DNA of 64,000 nucleotides. Source: Lama guanicoe (lineage: Eukaryota). Where the stretch lies: the NCBI GenBank assembly GCA_013239625.1, contig MU055922.1, forward strand, positions 3,442,439-3,506,438. The letters run 5' to 3'. How positions within the stretch are numbered: position 1 is the first letter of the stretch; each line of letters opens with the position of its first letter. Both the position numbers and the translations under genes were made by a program. This document shows positions 23,191-34,599 of the stretch, piece by piece. The notes under the pieces are model-generated. The model saw only the letters and a program-made list of their open reading frames with translations. It did no database searches and was not told the origin of the DNA.

Positions 23191-26100
23191 ACTTCACAGT
23201 ACAGGTAGAATAGGGTCAGGAAGAGGTTCATCTTAAGGCCACTGGAGATTTTTAAAGCAGGGAAATGACATGAGATTAGGGTTTCAGGAGTATTGATTTG
23301 GTAGTAGTGTTGGATGCATCAGTGTGAAGAAAGGCTAAAAAGGAGACCAGTTAGAAAGCTGTTTTGATTTAAATACGCAGTGATTCGTGCCCAAGTGTGT
23401 GAAGCTCGTTTTGTGAGGTTTGACCCTGTCAATACCTTCTTCGTGTTCAGAGCAGGATCCCAGAACACAGGAGAAAACCAGCACAGTTGGGCACCTGGGT
23501 TCTTGGGGCAGATGTGGCCCTGCCTGGCGCAGACATTCGCAGCAGTGCTTCCACTCCCACAACTCCCAGCTCTGCTGAATCACCTCGGGCCTGCCCTTAA
23601 GTTGTCGTTTGTCTAGTTGACGCTATCTTGTGTGTTCTTACCGGGGGAGCCTGATGCTCCCATTGAGTCAGATCCCCCCAGTGTATCTGTGCATACCCCA
23701 TACCCCAGTCACTCGGATCCAACTCTTTCCCGAGTGTTCCTCTGTGTTTTGTGCTAATTACTTGACATTCCCCATACTGTGGGGTGGATATCTTACCTTT
23801 TTCTCTTTTTCTTTTCCTTCCCCCTCTTAGCCCTCCTCACTTCTGACTCTGCACTCCCCTTCAGTCCTGTGTCCCCTAGGTCATCGGGTCCTATCAGTGC
23901 ACCCCCTGGATATGTCTGGAGTCTTCTCTTCCTCTCTGGTTTTGGTTCCTCCACCCTCGTTCTTGTCCTTTCCCACCTGGACTCCTGTCACCGCTGCCAC
24001 ATGTGACCACACAGACACTATCAAGTCATAACTCTGCTGAAATCCTTCATTCTAAAATACTTACCGAGTGTCTGTTTCCTATGTGCCAGGAGCTAAGGGT
24101 ACAGCAGTGAACAACATCCCCGTCCTTATTAAGCTTACATTCTAGGGACAGACAGCAAACAAGTGAACAGATATATGGTGTGTCAGGCGGTGGTAACTCT
24201 TGTAAGAAGAGTAAAGCTGGGTAAAGGAAACGAGTGTTCTGGGTGTAATTTTTCTTTTAATGTGATTTCCAGAGGCAGTGAGGTTTGGTGAAAGAACTGA
24301 GACGATCCGGCTGACCCAAGGTTGGAATCTCATCTCTGTCAATTACTTGGTGTAACTTTTGCCACGTTAATTATCCTCTCTGAACCTGTTTCTTTATGTA
24401 CAAAATTGGCTTAACAATGTCTGCTGTACCAGTTATGAGTTAATTCATGTAAATGGCCACAGCACAGTTTGGGGGCACATATTAAGTGCTCAGTAAACGT
24501 TTTTTAAAAAAAATCTACTTCTGTTTCTCCTAAAAATATCCAAGCTGGCTGCCCTTTCTGAGAGGAAAGACGGTGTCTTACTAGTTTTGGAGGTTGGTTG
24601 GTTGGTTGGTTTTAGAGTAACATTTAAAGTCATATATGCTCATTTTAGAAAACTTAGGAAATAAAACTATTTAAAAAAGAGGATTAAAAATTGATTGCAG
24701 TGCCACCGTCTAGAAATAATTAGTTAAAATGTTGATGTCTTTTTGATCTGTATTTCTACTAGTGATTTTATGTAATACTGTCCATCAATTTCTGATCTCT
24801 TATAGATCAGGCACTGTGCTGAGAACCTAACTGGGATGGTTTTTTTAATCCTATGAAGTAGGTACCAGTTCTATGATTACTATCATTTTACAAAAAAAGA
24901 AAATGAAACTTAGAGAATTAAAAAAAAAAACGCAAACTTCCAAGTTCATAACCTGTAAGTGGAAAGGCCAGGCTTTATATAAATGGGTGTGATTATTATT
25001 AATCATTTAAGAAATTGAGATGATGCTATCTTACAATCTTTTCATCTGTATGTCTTTATATCTTTAAAATGCCTTAGGTGGGGAGGCTTTTTGATGACTT
25101 CCTTGTATTTTGTCATATAAATGTAATATAATTTACCATCCAGGTTGACATTTATGATGTTTCTAACTTTCTCACTATTACAGTTAATATAGTCGCAAGC
25201 CTGCTTGTCACAGGTGTTCGCTGCTGCTTCTGACTATTTCCATAGCCTGTATTCCTGTAGCAGAATTGCTCATTCAGAGGGCATGCACATTTCAAAGCTT
25301 CTGGTGTGTATTACCAAATTGCCCTCCAGGTACACCCCTGTCTCCACTCTGCTCCTCACACCATCACCCCAAAAGTTTGAGGGATCCACTTCCCTCGATC
25401 CCTTGCCAGTACTGAGATTCTCATTTTAAGAAATCTCGACTAATGAGCTAGGTGAAAAAAATGCCATATTTGAATCATGTCCTTTTCATCATTGTGTTCA
25501 GAAAGCACTTACACAGTATTTAATGAGTGAACTCATTCCAGGTATTGGGTTCCATAGTATTTTTCCCCCTCTCTGGTTTACAGCTTCTAATTTGAACAAG
25601 CCATTAAGAAATTGAGCTTTGGAATATGGGAGTATTTCAGTACCACGTGAGCCTCTCCTATAGGTAGAAGGCAAGAATGTTGTGATTCTTTAATGTTTTG
25701 CTGGTTTGGAGGCCTAGTGTCTGAGCAAGGATAGTTTTATTTCCTGGTTCTTGGCTGTGGATCAGTGTTGAAATAATGGGGTAAGTAAGCCGTGAGCAGG
25801 ATGGTATCTGTTACATTGTATTATCTTCTGACCATCTCTGGTCTGCATGTAAAGCCTTTTAAACACTAGATTATGAGCTCCTGGAAGGCAAGCATTGTGC
25901 ATTTTATTCACAATGTTGAGAAACCTTTGTTTATTGCTATAGTCACTGAGAGAAAAAGTTATCCTTGTTATGCACAGTAATTTTATCCAGTAGAATTGAA
26001 TATAGGTCAGATCTCATTTTCTACTTTTTAAAAACCAGTCAGATGTTGCATTGTAAAAGCAACTTTGCAGACATTTGTTACAAATTGATCAAATGCTTCA

Positions 26101-27753
26101 TGCTCTGTTTGGCTCCTGAAATTAAAGTCTGCTTTGGAGAACACTATGCAGGTATGTGAAAGTGTAGCTGAAAGACATTGTGCACTGTGTGTAAGATTTT
26201 GGAAGAGAGCTGAGACGCTGTGGAGATCAAAAAAGCTTGGAAAAGCCCCAGTGGAAATACTGGTCAGGGACACTTTAGGGAAGCAAGTAGGGTCTCAGTC
26301 TGGGCCTTAAAGGAAACGTCTGCTTTTCATGCGCAGGGGTGTGAGGAGTCTTCCTGCTGGGGGAGGGGGCAGGGAGCGAAAGTCTAGAACCAGGAATGAG
26401 AAGAGGGAGGATGGAAAGAAGACCTGCCAACTGAAACAGATTTTGTTTCAGGGAGAAATCGGGTTGGAGATAAAAGTTGGCCAGTTTTAGAGGAGGAGGA
26501 GGCAGTGTGGAGCAGACACCCAGCTGAGGAGTTTAAGTTTAATCTTTCCTGTTGTAAATTCTTAAACAGGAGGCAGTTTTTAACTCGCAGTTTCTACTCA
26601 CTTGCCTGTGGTTAAACAACTTTTAAGGGCTCAGACTCAGGTCTTCTGATTCTGCAAAGAAAATCAGTTTGTCTGGAGACTTTGCAAAGATGGGGTTGAA
26701 TAGGTCTTGGTGCTGGAAGGTGCCTCATACTCTGGGCCAGAAGAGGCTGGCAGCCCAGAGGTCTGAGCCTCTGCTCTCTTACTTGGCTCAGTGAGTGCAG
26801 ACTAGCTATCCTGAAAGTTCCTTCCAGATCTAAAATGCAGTGATTGGGCTTAAGTAGAGGTTGTGCAAGGTGAGAAGTAAGAAGAACAGCCAGACAATGC
26901 TTGTCTAGACAAGTTTCGAATCTTGGAAAATAGTGTCACTATTGACTAAAATGGGGAAGTTAGAGAAAGAAGCAGGGTTTTTTTTCTTTTTTGTTTTATT
27001 TTGTTGTCTGAATGCTTGTTTTTTGTTTTGTTTTGTAAGGAGGATATGATTGGTTTGGCTTTAGACAAATGGAACGATCCTATAGGCAGCTAAAAATAGA
27101 GGAATTAGGCCTGGGGGAGTGGTTAGGGTTGGAAGTGCTGTTGGAGAGTCGTCAGCTTCAAGGGGCCTTTTGAACCTGCCAGTGTTGATGAGCACCTCGA
27201 AGCTATAAAGAGTGCTGAGAAGCCTCGGGACCAGGTGAAGGAAGAAGAAAGAGAAAACTGGTAGAAACTAGAAGAGCACAGTGTCACAAAAACAAGAAAG
27301 TGAGAGTTTCAAGAAAATAAGGCTGTAGTGTCAAGTACATGGGAAATGCAGACGAGTTCAAGTCACCCCTGACCTTGACCTGCAGTGTCATTGGTGGCAG
27401 CAGTGCTGACCCAGGGGAGTTGTGGAAGCAGCAGCAGGCTGAGGTCAAAATTGTGTGTCACTGTAGGTAACTAAGTAAAGACTGCCCCCCACCTCGCCCC
27501 CTGAGGATAATTGCGAAAGATACCACAGTGCAGTTGAATTTGGAAATGGCAGTAAGGTCAAGTGAAAGGCGTGTGTGTTTTTCCCCTTAAGTACAAGCGA
27601 TGTGAGTGTGCAAGTCAAACAGTAAAAAGAGCTCCTCCTCCCCTAGCCTGAGGGATTGGTGGCGGAACAGGTTGATGGGATGTGGGCTGGTGATAGGGCT
27701 GCAGAGGCTTGCACAGCCTGGGCTTTTCAGGTTTCGTAAGTAGAATGAAACCA

Positions 27754-29640
27754 TCTGCCTTCACTAGCCTCTCAGTACATGGATGGAACTGGGACCTCTG
27801 TAAAGAGCCGTGGAGGATGGGTGCTGCCCCGGGTATAGGGATTGAGGCATATTGTGTTTTTTTTCTAAAGATGGCCACCCCAATTACATCCTGTCCCATT
27901 TGCTCTTCTTAAATTGTGAAGCTGGGGTTCTTCTATCAAGCTGGGATCCTCGTTCCTTTCCCTTGAACCTGGGCAGACCTTTGTAACTGCCTCAACTAAC
28001 AGAATGAGGCAGAAATGACACTGCTTGACTCCTGAAGCCTAAATCACAAAAGACAACCAATTCAGCTTCCGCCTGCATCTTTCTGACTTGGGATGCAAGC
28101 CTTGGGAGCCCTGACTTCACGTGTCAGAAGTCCAGCTATACTGAAGCCTCTCTGCTAGAGAGCTCACGTGGAGAGGCCACATAGGGACAGTTACTTACGA
28201 GGAGCACCTGCTCCGACAGCCCCAGCCTGTTGAGGTTTCAGCTGAGACCCCAGACATTGTGGAGTAGGGACAAGCCACCCCTTCTGTGTTCTGCATGAAT
28301 TCCCGACCCACAGAATCCACGCACATGATAAGTGGTTGTTTGATGCCATTAAGTTTGGGGGTAATTGTTACACAGCCGCAGTAACTGGGACAGATACATG
28401 CCAATTCAGAGCCTATCAGTGTGGTCAGAGAAGAAGGGGAAAATCACAAGGCTGAGGGAGGTTGTAGCTACGATCATCCTGCAGTTTTGTTGGCACAACT
28501 GAATTCTGGGAAACAAAAGCTTCCTGATGGCTGAAGTACTTCTTCCTCCCATTTTACTGACAAATTTGGTGACATCTAGATAAGAAAACTTTGATTTTAT
28601 GGGCATCTGGATGTACTGCCTGAAGCCCTCGGGGTTGGCTGGGTTGGTGAGCCCTCCTCCGTGGTGGAACAGACTGGAACACTGCAAAGGAGAGGTTCAG
28701 CTAGCAGTGACCAGGAGTTAGTGCTGGGCTGGCTTCAAAAGCTAACTGGGTTGGTTAGTCTTGCCAGTGTCAACTTTTTATTTATAAGGAATGGAAGAAT
28801 CTGATTTTGACTTTATTTTTGCCAGAAAGATACGTTCTTCAAAGATGTGGATTGTGTTTTCACTTTTGACAGTTGCTTACTGAGAAAGATGGTCTGTGTT
28901 ACAGCTCGTCCCATGGGCATTGGCATGGATTGCGATGAAGGACCTTCATTCTGATGTTCATAGGGAGTTCATATCCATGAGGATACGATGGGTCCCATGA
29001 TTCTGATGGTCCATTTGCTGGACAACAAGGGAAAGAACCTCATCCCTGGTGTTTCCAACCCTGTGACTCTTGTTACCCATGGAATGTATGAAACAAAACT
29101 GACTTTGGAAGCATCTGCAACAGATGTGGGAGCAGAACATCTGCTTGACTGTTGTGGGAGATAGCCATCTCTCTCCTTCAAGGAACTGAAAGATTTCTCT
29201 GGGTCAGGAGCTAAACCTGTACTTCCTAGGAAAACAGTTAGCAGGTTTAGGGTGAAATGGTGTCAGACATGATACCCAAAGCTGTCTGTGAGCAGATTAT
29301 TATTTACCAAGACGTTTGCCAAGCTGAAGAGCTCCATAAAGTCAAGGTATACTCGGCCCCTCATGGGAAGTTCTGGGTGTCAGACTTTAATCATTCCCAT
29401 TATGTAGTTGGAAGAAAAACCTGAAAATGTCTAAACCAAACTCTACAGGGAAAAGAGGCGGGATCTTGTGACTTTGACCTTTCTGGGACCACAGATGAAA
29501 GTGGATCGCCGTTGATTGAGTCATCAGCCACGGCCCCTCGCGGGGTGCAGCAGGCTCCCTTGGGCCAGCTGAGCGCTGGGCACCGGCTGGGGGAGTGGAC
29601 GATGGTGGGCGTGCGGGAAGCGCCTGGCCAGTTCATGCAG
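27754..29640 (+). pseudogene. Processed pseudogene of CNDP2 (cytosolic non-specific dipeptidase, M20A family), interrupted by an MLT1 LTR
   Basis: Collinear intronless motifs with stops and frameshifts: SAFTSL..YMD..WV (27754-27823), IQSLSVWSEKKGKI (from 28404), GKQKLPDG* (28508-28534), YGHLDVLP (28598-28621), GMEES (28788-28802), DTFFKDVD (28829-28852), KDLHS (28938-28952), FSGSGAKPVLPRK (29195-29233), WVSDFNHSHY (29374-29403), VTLTF (29468-29482). The 3' limit is approximate. Confidence 0.9.
27843..28392 (+). mobile_element. ERVL-MaLR solo LTR (MLT1 family)
   Basis: Starts TG..ttctaaagatggccacc and ends ttaagtttgggggtaattgttacacagc..taactgggaCA, typical MLT1 termini. Confidence 0.75.
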
Positions 29641-30830
29641 AAACACCTCCCTTCCCTTTCCTGAGAAAGTAGGTGAAGAAAACTGGATCAGCTCTTTTTC
29701 TGTTAAAACCTTCACAAATCCCAGACAGCTGACTTGGTTACATTCTCCTCTGTCCTGTTCATTGATTTATTTGGACTGCCAGGTGATTCTAAATACTTAG
29801 TCCCAGGTATTTCCAGATAGTTCTGAATTGAGCGGGTTAGAGTCTTGTACATTATGACATGTGTCTTATGTTTCTTGAAACTCTTCAGAAATCCCAAGTT
29901 CTTTTGGATATTCTGGTTACCATGAATATTTGGCTTAAAAATAGGCTTTTGTTTGTGACACAGGTTTTCTCTCCATTCATGCCTACTTTTTTAGGCCAAT
30001 GCTAAGCTAAAATGATAATTTGAAGAAGAAATGTTGGGGGATGCTTTAAACTTTTAAACCATTTGTTGCTGTAACGATAAAATTCCTTGACACACTGCGG
30101 ATTCTGGCTTTCCAAGATCTGAACCATTGCTGACAGTTCCCACCTTTGTGAACCCTTCAGACAGATCTTAGAAATGCAAAATAAGACTACTTTGACTTTC
30201 TTATGTCTATGCTATTAAATGAAAACTAAAAATGAACCCCCTTTTACAAACGAGATTGAGAGTGAAATAAACCAGGTCTCCAGCCAGGCCTGTGGGGGTG
30301 TTGAATGTTATCCTGGGGTTGCTCTGTAGCATTTTTCTAATTCCTGCCATTTCTTTCATTTCTTCTTTAGGACATGCTCAAGTTCTTGCATGCTGAAGAA
30401 CTCTTTGATTTCACTTTGTGCTGCTAGAATTGAATCCACCCACATGCCGCCTTCCCCCTCAAATCTGAGTGCCAGTGCCTTAAGAGTTGTGGTTATGAAA
30501 GTGTGCCTTTTGGATTGCAGGGGGGTTTCAAGATCCTTTCTTAGAGGAGCGCCTCAGCTAAAGATGCTTTTCCTGATAGTACTCAGATGTTATTTGCATT
30601 TTTTTCATCGTGTTGACATTTACCTTGATGGTGCAGAGGCTGTGGCAGATCAAACTGCTGGTGCCTTAGCCTAACTCAGGGCAGTGGCACCAAACCATAC
30701 TGATAGTCACTGTAGTCCTCCCTCACAGTGAAAAAGAGAAAAGAGAGTCGTATTCCCTTAAGAGTGTTCATGAAACAGTTAAAAAAAAACTTATCAAATC
30801 TTGGTTCTCGAGAACACTTTTCCTTACTTT

Positions 30831-31750
30831 ATTAAAGTTATAATTTACTTACAGTAAAATTGACCCTTTTTAGTGTATACTTCTGTGAAATATGACAAAT
30901 GCATATAGTCGGTAACCATCATTGCCACAAATAAGTTACAGGGCAGATCAGTCACCCCTAAAAGTTTCTCTGTGTTCCTTCTAGCCCCTTCCCCCATGCC
31001 CAGCACCCGGCAACTACTGATCTGCCTTGTGTCCCTATAAAGTTCTGCCTTCTCCAGCATGTTACAGAAATGGAATCATACAGTGTGTGGCCTTCTGACT
31101 CTAGCTTCTCACACTTTGCATAATACATTTGAGAGCTGTCCATATTGTTGCATGTATCTGTGCTGTGTTCCTTTTTATTGCTGAGTGGTATTCCATTGTG
31201 CAGGTGTACCACAGTTTGTCCATTCCTTAGTTGAAGAATACTTGGATTGTTTCCCATTTTTGGCCGATATGACTAAAACTAATATAAGAATGTGCAGCTC
31301 GTTGTGTGAACCTGTGTGTTTCTGTGTCACCCTGAAGTGGGGTTGTTGGGTCATATGGTAGGTGTATGTTTTCTACGTTTAATTTTAAGAAATAGTCACA
31401 CTGTTTTCCAAAGTGCCTGTATAGTTTTGCATTCCCACCAGTAATGCATGAGATTTCTGCATGCTCTACTGAGTGGTCAGCACTTGGCATTGTCAGCTGG
31501 TAGGTTCTGAGTTTATAGTGATTTCTCATTGTGGATTTAATTTGCATTTTTCTAAATGACTGATGGTATTGGGCATTTTTTCCTGTCCTTGGTTGTCATT
31601 TGTACGTCATCTTTGGTGAAGTGACTGTTTAGATCTTTTGCCCACTTTTAAATTGGGTTTGTTTTCTTAAGTTTTGAATGTTTTAAAAATATATGTATTT
31701 TAGATACAAGTCATTAATCATGCAAGTAATTCACAAATGTTTTCTCTACT
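30831..31750 (-). mobile_element. Old L1 (L1M) 3' fragment
   Basis: tttttattgctgagtggtattccattgtg, gttgggtcatatggta, ttttgcattcccaccagtaatg, gatttaatttgcattt: antisense L1 ORF2/3'UTR. Confidence 0.85.
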
Positions 31751-32726
31751 TGTAATTGTGATTGATTGTAATACTCTACATGATGAAATGAGAGTGTCCA
31801 TCGTGAGACAAGGTGTCTGACTCCAGGGAAAGCCCTTCTGTGATGGAGTTGCGAGCTGAAATAGCTCATTTTTTCCTCCACGGAATCTCATTTTTTTTCT
31901 TTAAAGAATCACTGGCAGGCTGGCTGTTGAGACTCGCTTATGTTCTCAAATCTCAGAATTATCTAAACAATACTTGGAATTTTCTCAAAAAATGAGGTGA
32001 ACCTGTCACTTCTTGGGAAACAACTATTTTTTTGTGGATGATGAAATTAGAATCTTTTTTTTAAAAAAGCAGAATTTTGTAAAGCTTATTCCAACTACTG
32101 TCGTCTTACAGATTCACAGTAGTTAACTTTTTCTGATAATGAGATTGGTGGTGGTATTGTCATATGATTTTGGATATTGTATAATAAAATGAGTCAGTAT
32201 TTGGAAGACCTCTGATACTCATAAGCCAGTACTTTATAAATGAGCAGTACATGAAGTTATAAAATCACACGTGGGTAAAAGATCCGTTCGGAACACAAGA
32301 TAGAGCAATGGGTTGTAATGTATGAGAGTTTGCAGTCTTTGGTACAGTTTCAGCTTCCACACTGCAACTAACCTTTAAGAAATGGCCCCTTTTGAGTTTT
32401 GGTAGAGTGTCAAGAAAGAAGATCCATAATTATCTGAAAAGACTATTAAAATACTCCTTGCTTTCCCAACTATGTATGTATGAGGCTGGATTTCCATTGT
32501 ATACTTTAACCAAAACCTGTGTGTCAGCAGGCTGAATGTGGACACAGACATGAGAAACCACCTCTTTACTATTAAACCGGATATTAAAGAGATTTGCAAA
32601 AATCTGAAACAGTACCACTTCTTTTGTTTTAGAAATTTTTTCAAAAACAGTAACATATAATAATTTCATTGTTATGCTTGATTAGTTGATGCATTTTTTT
32701 GAGCATTTTGATTCTCTAAGGAGTCT

Positions 32727-32931
32727 ACTTTTTTTTTATTGAAGTATAATCGGTTTATAATGTGTTAATTTCTGGTGTACAGTATAGTGATTCAGTTATA
32801 CATACATATTCCTTTTCATATTCTTTTTCATTATAGGCTATTACAAGCTACTGAATATAGTTCCCTGTGCTGTACAGTAGGACCTTGTTTATTTTATATA
32901 TAGTAGTTAGTATCTGCAAATCTCGAACCCC
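32727..32931 (-). mobile_element. 5'-truncated L1 3' end (younger family)
   Basis: Poly-T followed by attgaagtataat..tttctggtgtacag..atagttccctgtgc. Confidence 0.75.
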
Positions 32932-34429
32932 CAGTGTCTGTTTGAATGTCTAATATGGTAAATGGCAATAAACAACCCACATCTGTCTAAGTTCTTTGGG
33001 GTTCCTTTACAGAGTTAATAAGTTTTATATTCTTCAGAACGAAATACCATTATAGAATCCTCTGTAACTTTGTCTTCTGTTATCGTAGACGATATTCAAC
33101 ACTTAGGAATAAACCAAGCACCTCACATTATGGGAAAATGTACACCTCTTTACCAAATCAGCCAGACACCTCAACAAAGAGTAAAAAGAGTAAAACGTAG
33201 TGGATTTACGTGTCACTTACTTAGGCCTTCCTTTTTTTGCCTCATATGGAGTTTCTCTTTAGCACTGAAAGCACAAGGCTGATGTGAGAGAAACAAGGAG
33301 GGGGCTTGCCTAACCCAGGAGCTGGGTGTGAACATACCTCGGGAGAGTCCTTGGGGGTCATACACTCAGTGCTTTATTCCGCTTGGCCCAGTGACTATAT
33401 TCTCTGTCTAACACTTGGCTTTTCAGCTCTCATCAGTCTCCACAGTCCAAGGTATTGTAAGTCCCCTTTCTTCATTTTGCTAATGCTGTCTCTTCTGTAC
33501 TCGAAATGTCACAGGGAGTAGGGTGGATGCAGTTACTCCTTTAAAGACAACAAGCACCTGATTGAACACCCAGAAGAATTGGTTAAGAAATCACAGATCA
33601 AAACAGATCTCTTATAATCTTTGTACACAAGAGGCTATGACTATAAAATGACACCTTTTTGGCTGTTATATGTAGTAATGCTAGATTATAGCATTTAAAT
33701 AGTGGGTATTGGTCCAGTGGAGGGGAAGGGGAAGTTTTTAAGGCCTTTTGACTGTATCTGATCTAAAAGCATAATAAACCATAGCACTTAATGGCCTAGT
33801 CTCACTCTCTACCCATGAAACTCACTAATCTGCTATACAGAGTCACTTAATCCAGGGAAGTAGATATATTTAAAGCTAATAATGTTTGGAAATCTTCTAA
33901 TGAGATTTTGGATTTTAAAATGTCTCAGATTAAAATACTTATCTTCTAAAAGACTAACTGTGTAAGAGTGACCCTTCCCCACCCTTTTTACCCCCCCTTC
34001 CTACACCAGCCTCCCCAAGAAAAGGAAAGCTGTATTAGGGCTTTTTCATCTGAACACAAATTATTTCACCCGAAGTGGCAATGTATGTGCATGTTAAGAG
34101 CCCTTTAGTTAATTTGTATTATAGCTTCTTATACTACTTTTAAGTATAGTCTGTTCAGAGAAAAATTTGTCCTCAAACTTTATATCATAGCTGCTTAATA
34201 ATGGCTGTTTTATTTTAAAATCAGCTGAGAACATAATACTGAGACTATTATTTTAAAGTGTTGAACTTCGGTGTTTGTCCATGAAGAGCCTTCTATAACG
34301 ACTCAGACACTTCTGGGAATGGTGGTTCCTGAGGGTGGTGTCTGATCAGAAAGGTTTACTTAAGTCCTGCGCTAAGTTGTTCATGGAACGTGTCTGTGGT
34401 TTCTCTCCTTTCCCTTCGCCTGACTACAG

Positions 34430-34599
34430 AGAGGTACAGAAGGCAGTCAACACCGCGCAGGGGTTGTTTCAGAGATGGACGGAGCTCCTCCAGGACCCCT
34501 CCACAGCCACGAGGGAGGAAATCGACTGGACCACCAACGAGCTGAGAAACAACCTCCGGAGCATAGAGTGGGATCTAGAGGACCTTGATGAAACCATCA
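34430..34599 (+). CDS. STX6: STX6 exon 2 (Habc domain)
   Basis: cag|A GAG GTA... reads [56 protein letters not shown]; 170 nt; ends at the U12 donor |ATATCCTTTT. Confidence 0.97.

Larger units (their letters stand above)
30575..33050 (+). mobile_element. hAT-Charlie (Charlie1-like) DNA transposon fossil with nested L1 insertions
   Basis: aaactgctggtgccttagc..ggcagtggcaccaaac (~30650-30700) and a degenerate hAT dimerisation motif FPT.Y..EAGF (~32463-32495); split by L1 pieces at ~30831-31750 and 32727-32931. Confidence 0.7.

Noticed and set aside
30350-30400. ttctttag|GACATG resembling the STX6 exon 4 acceptor
   Set aside because: The match ends after a few bases, with no continuing STX6 frame; chance similarity.
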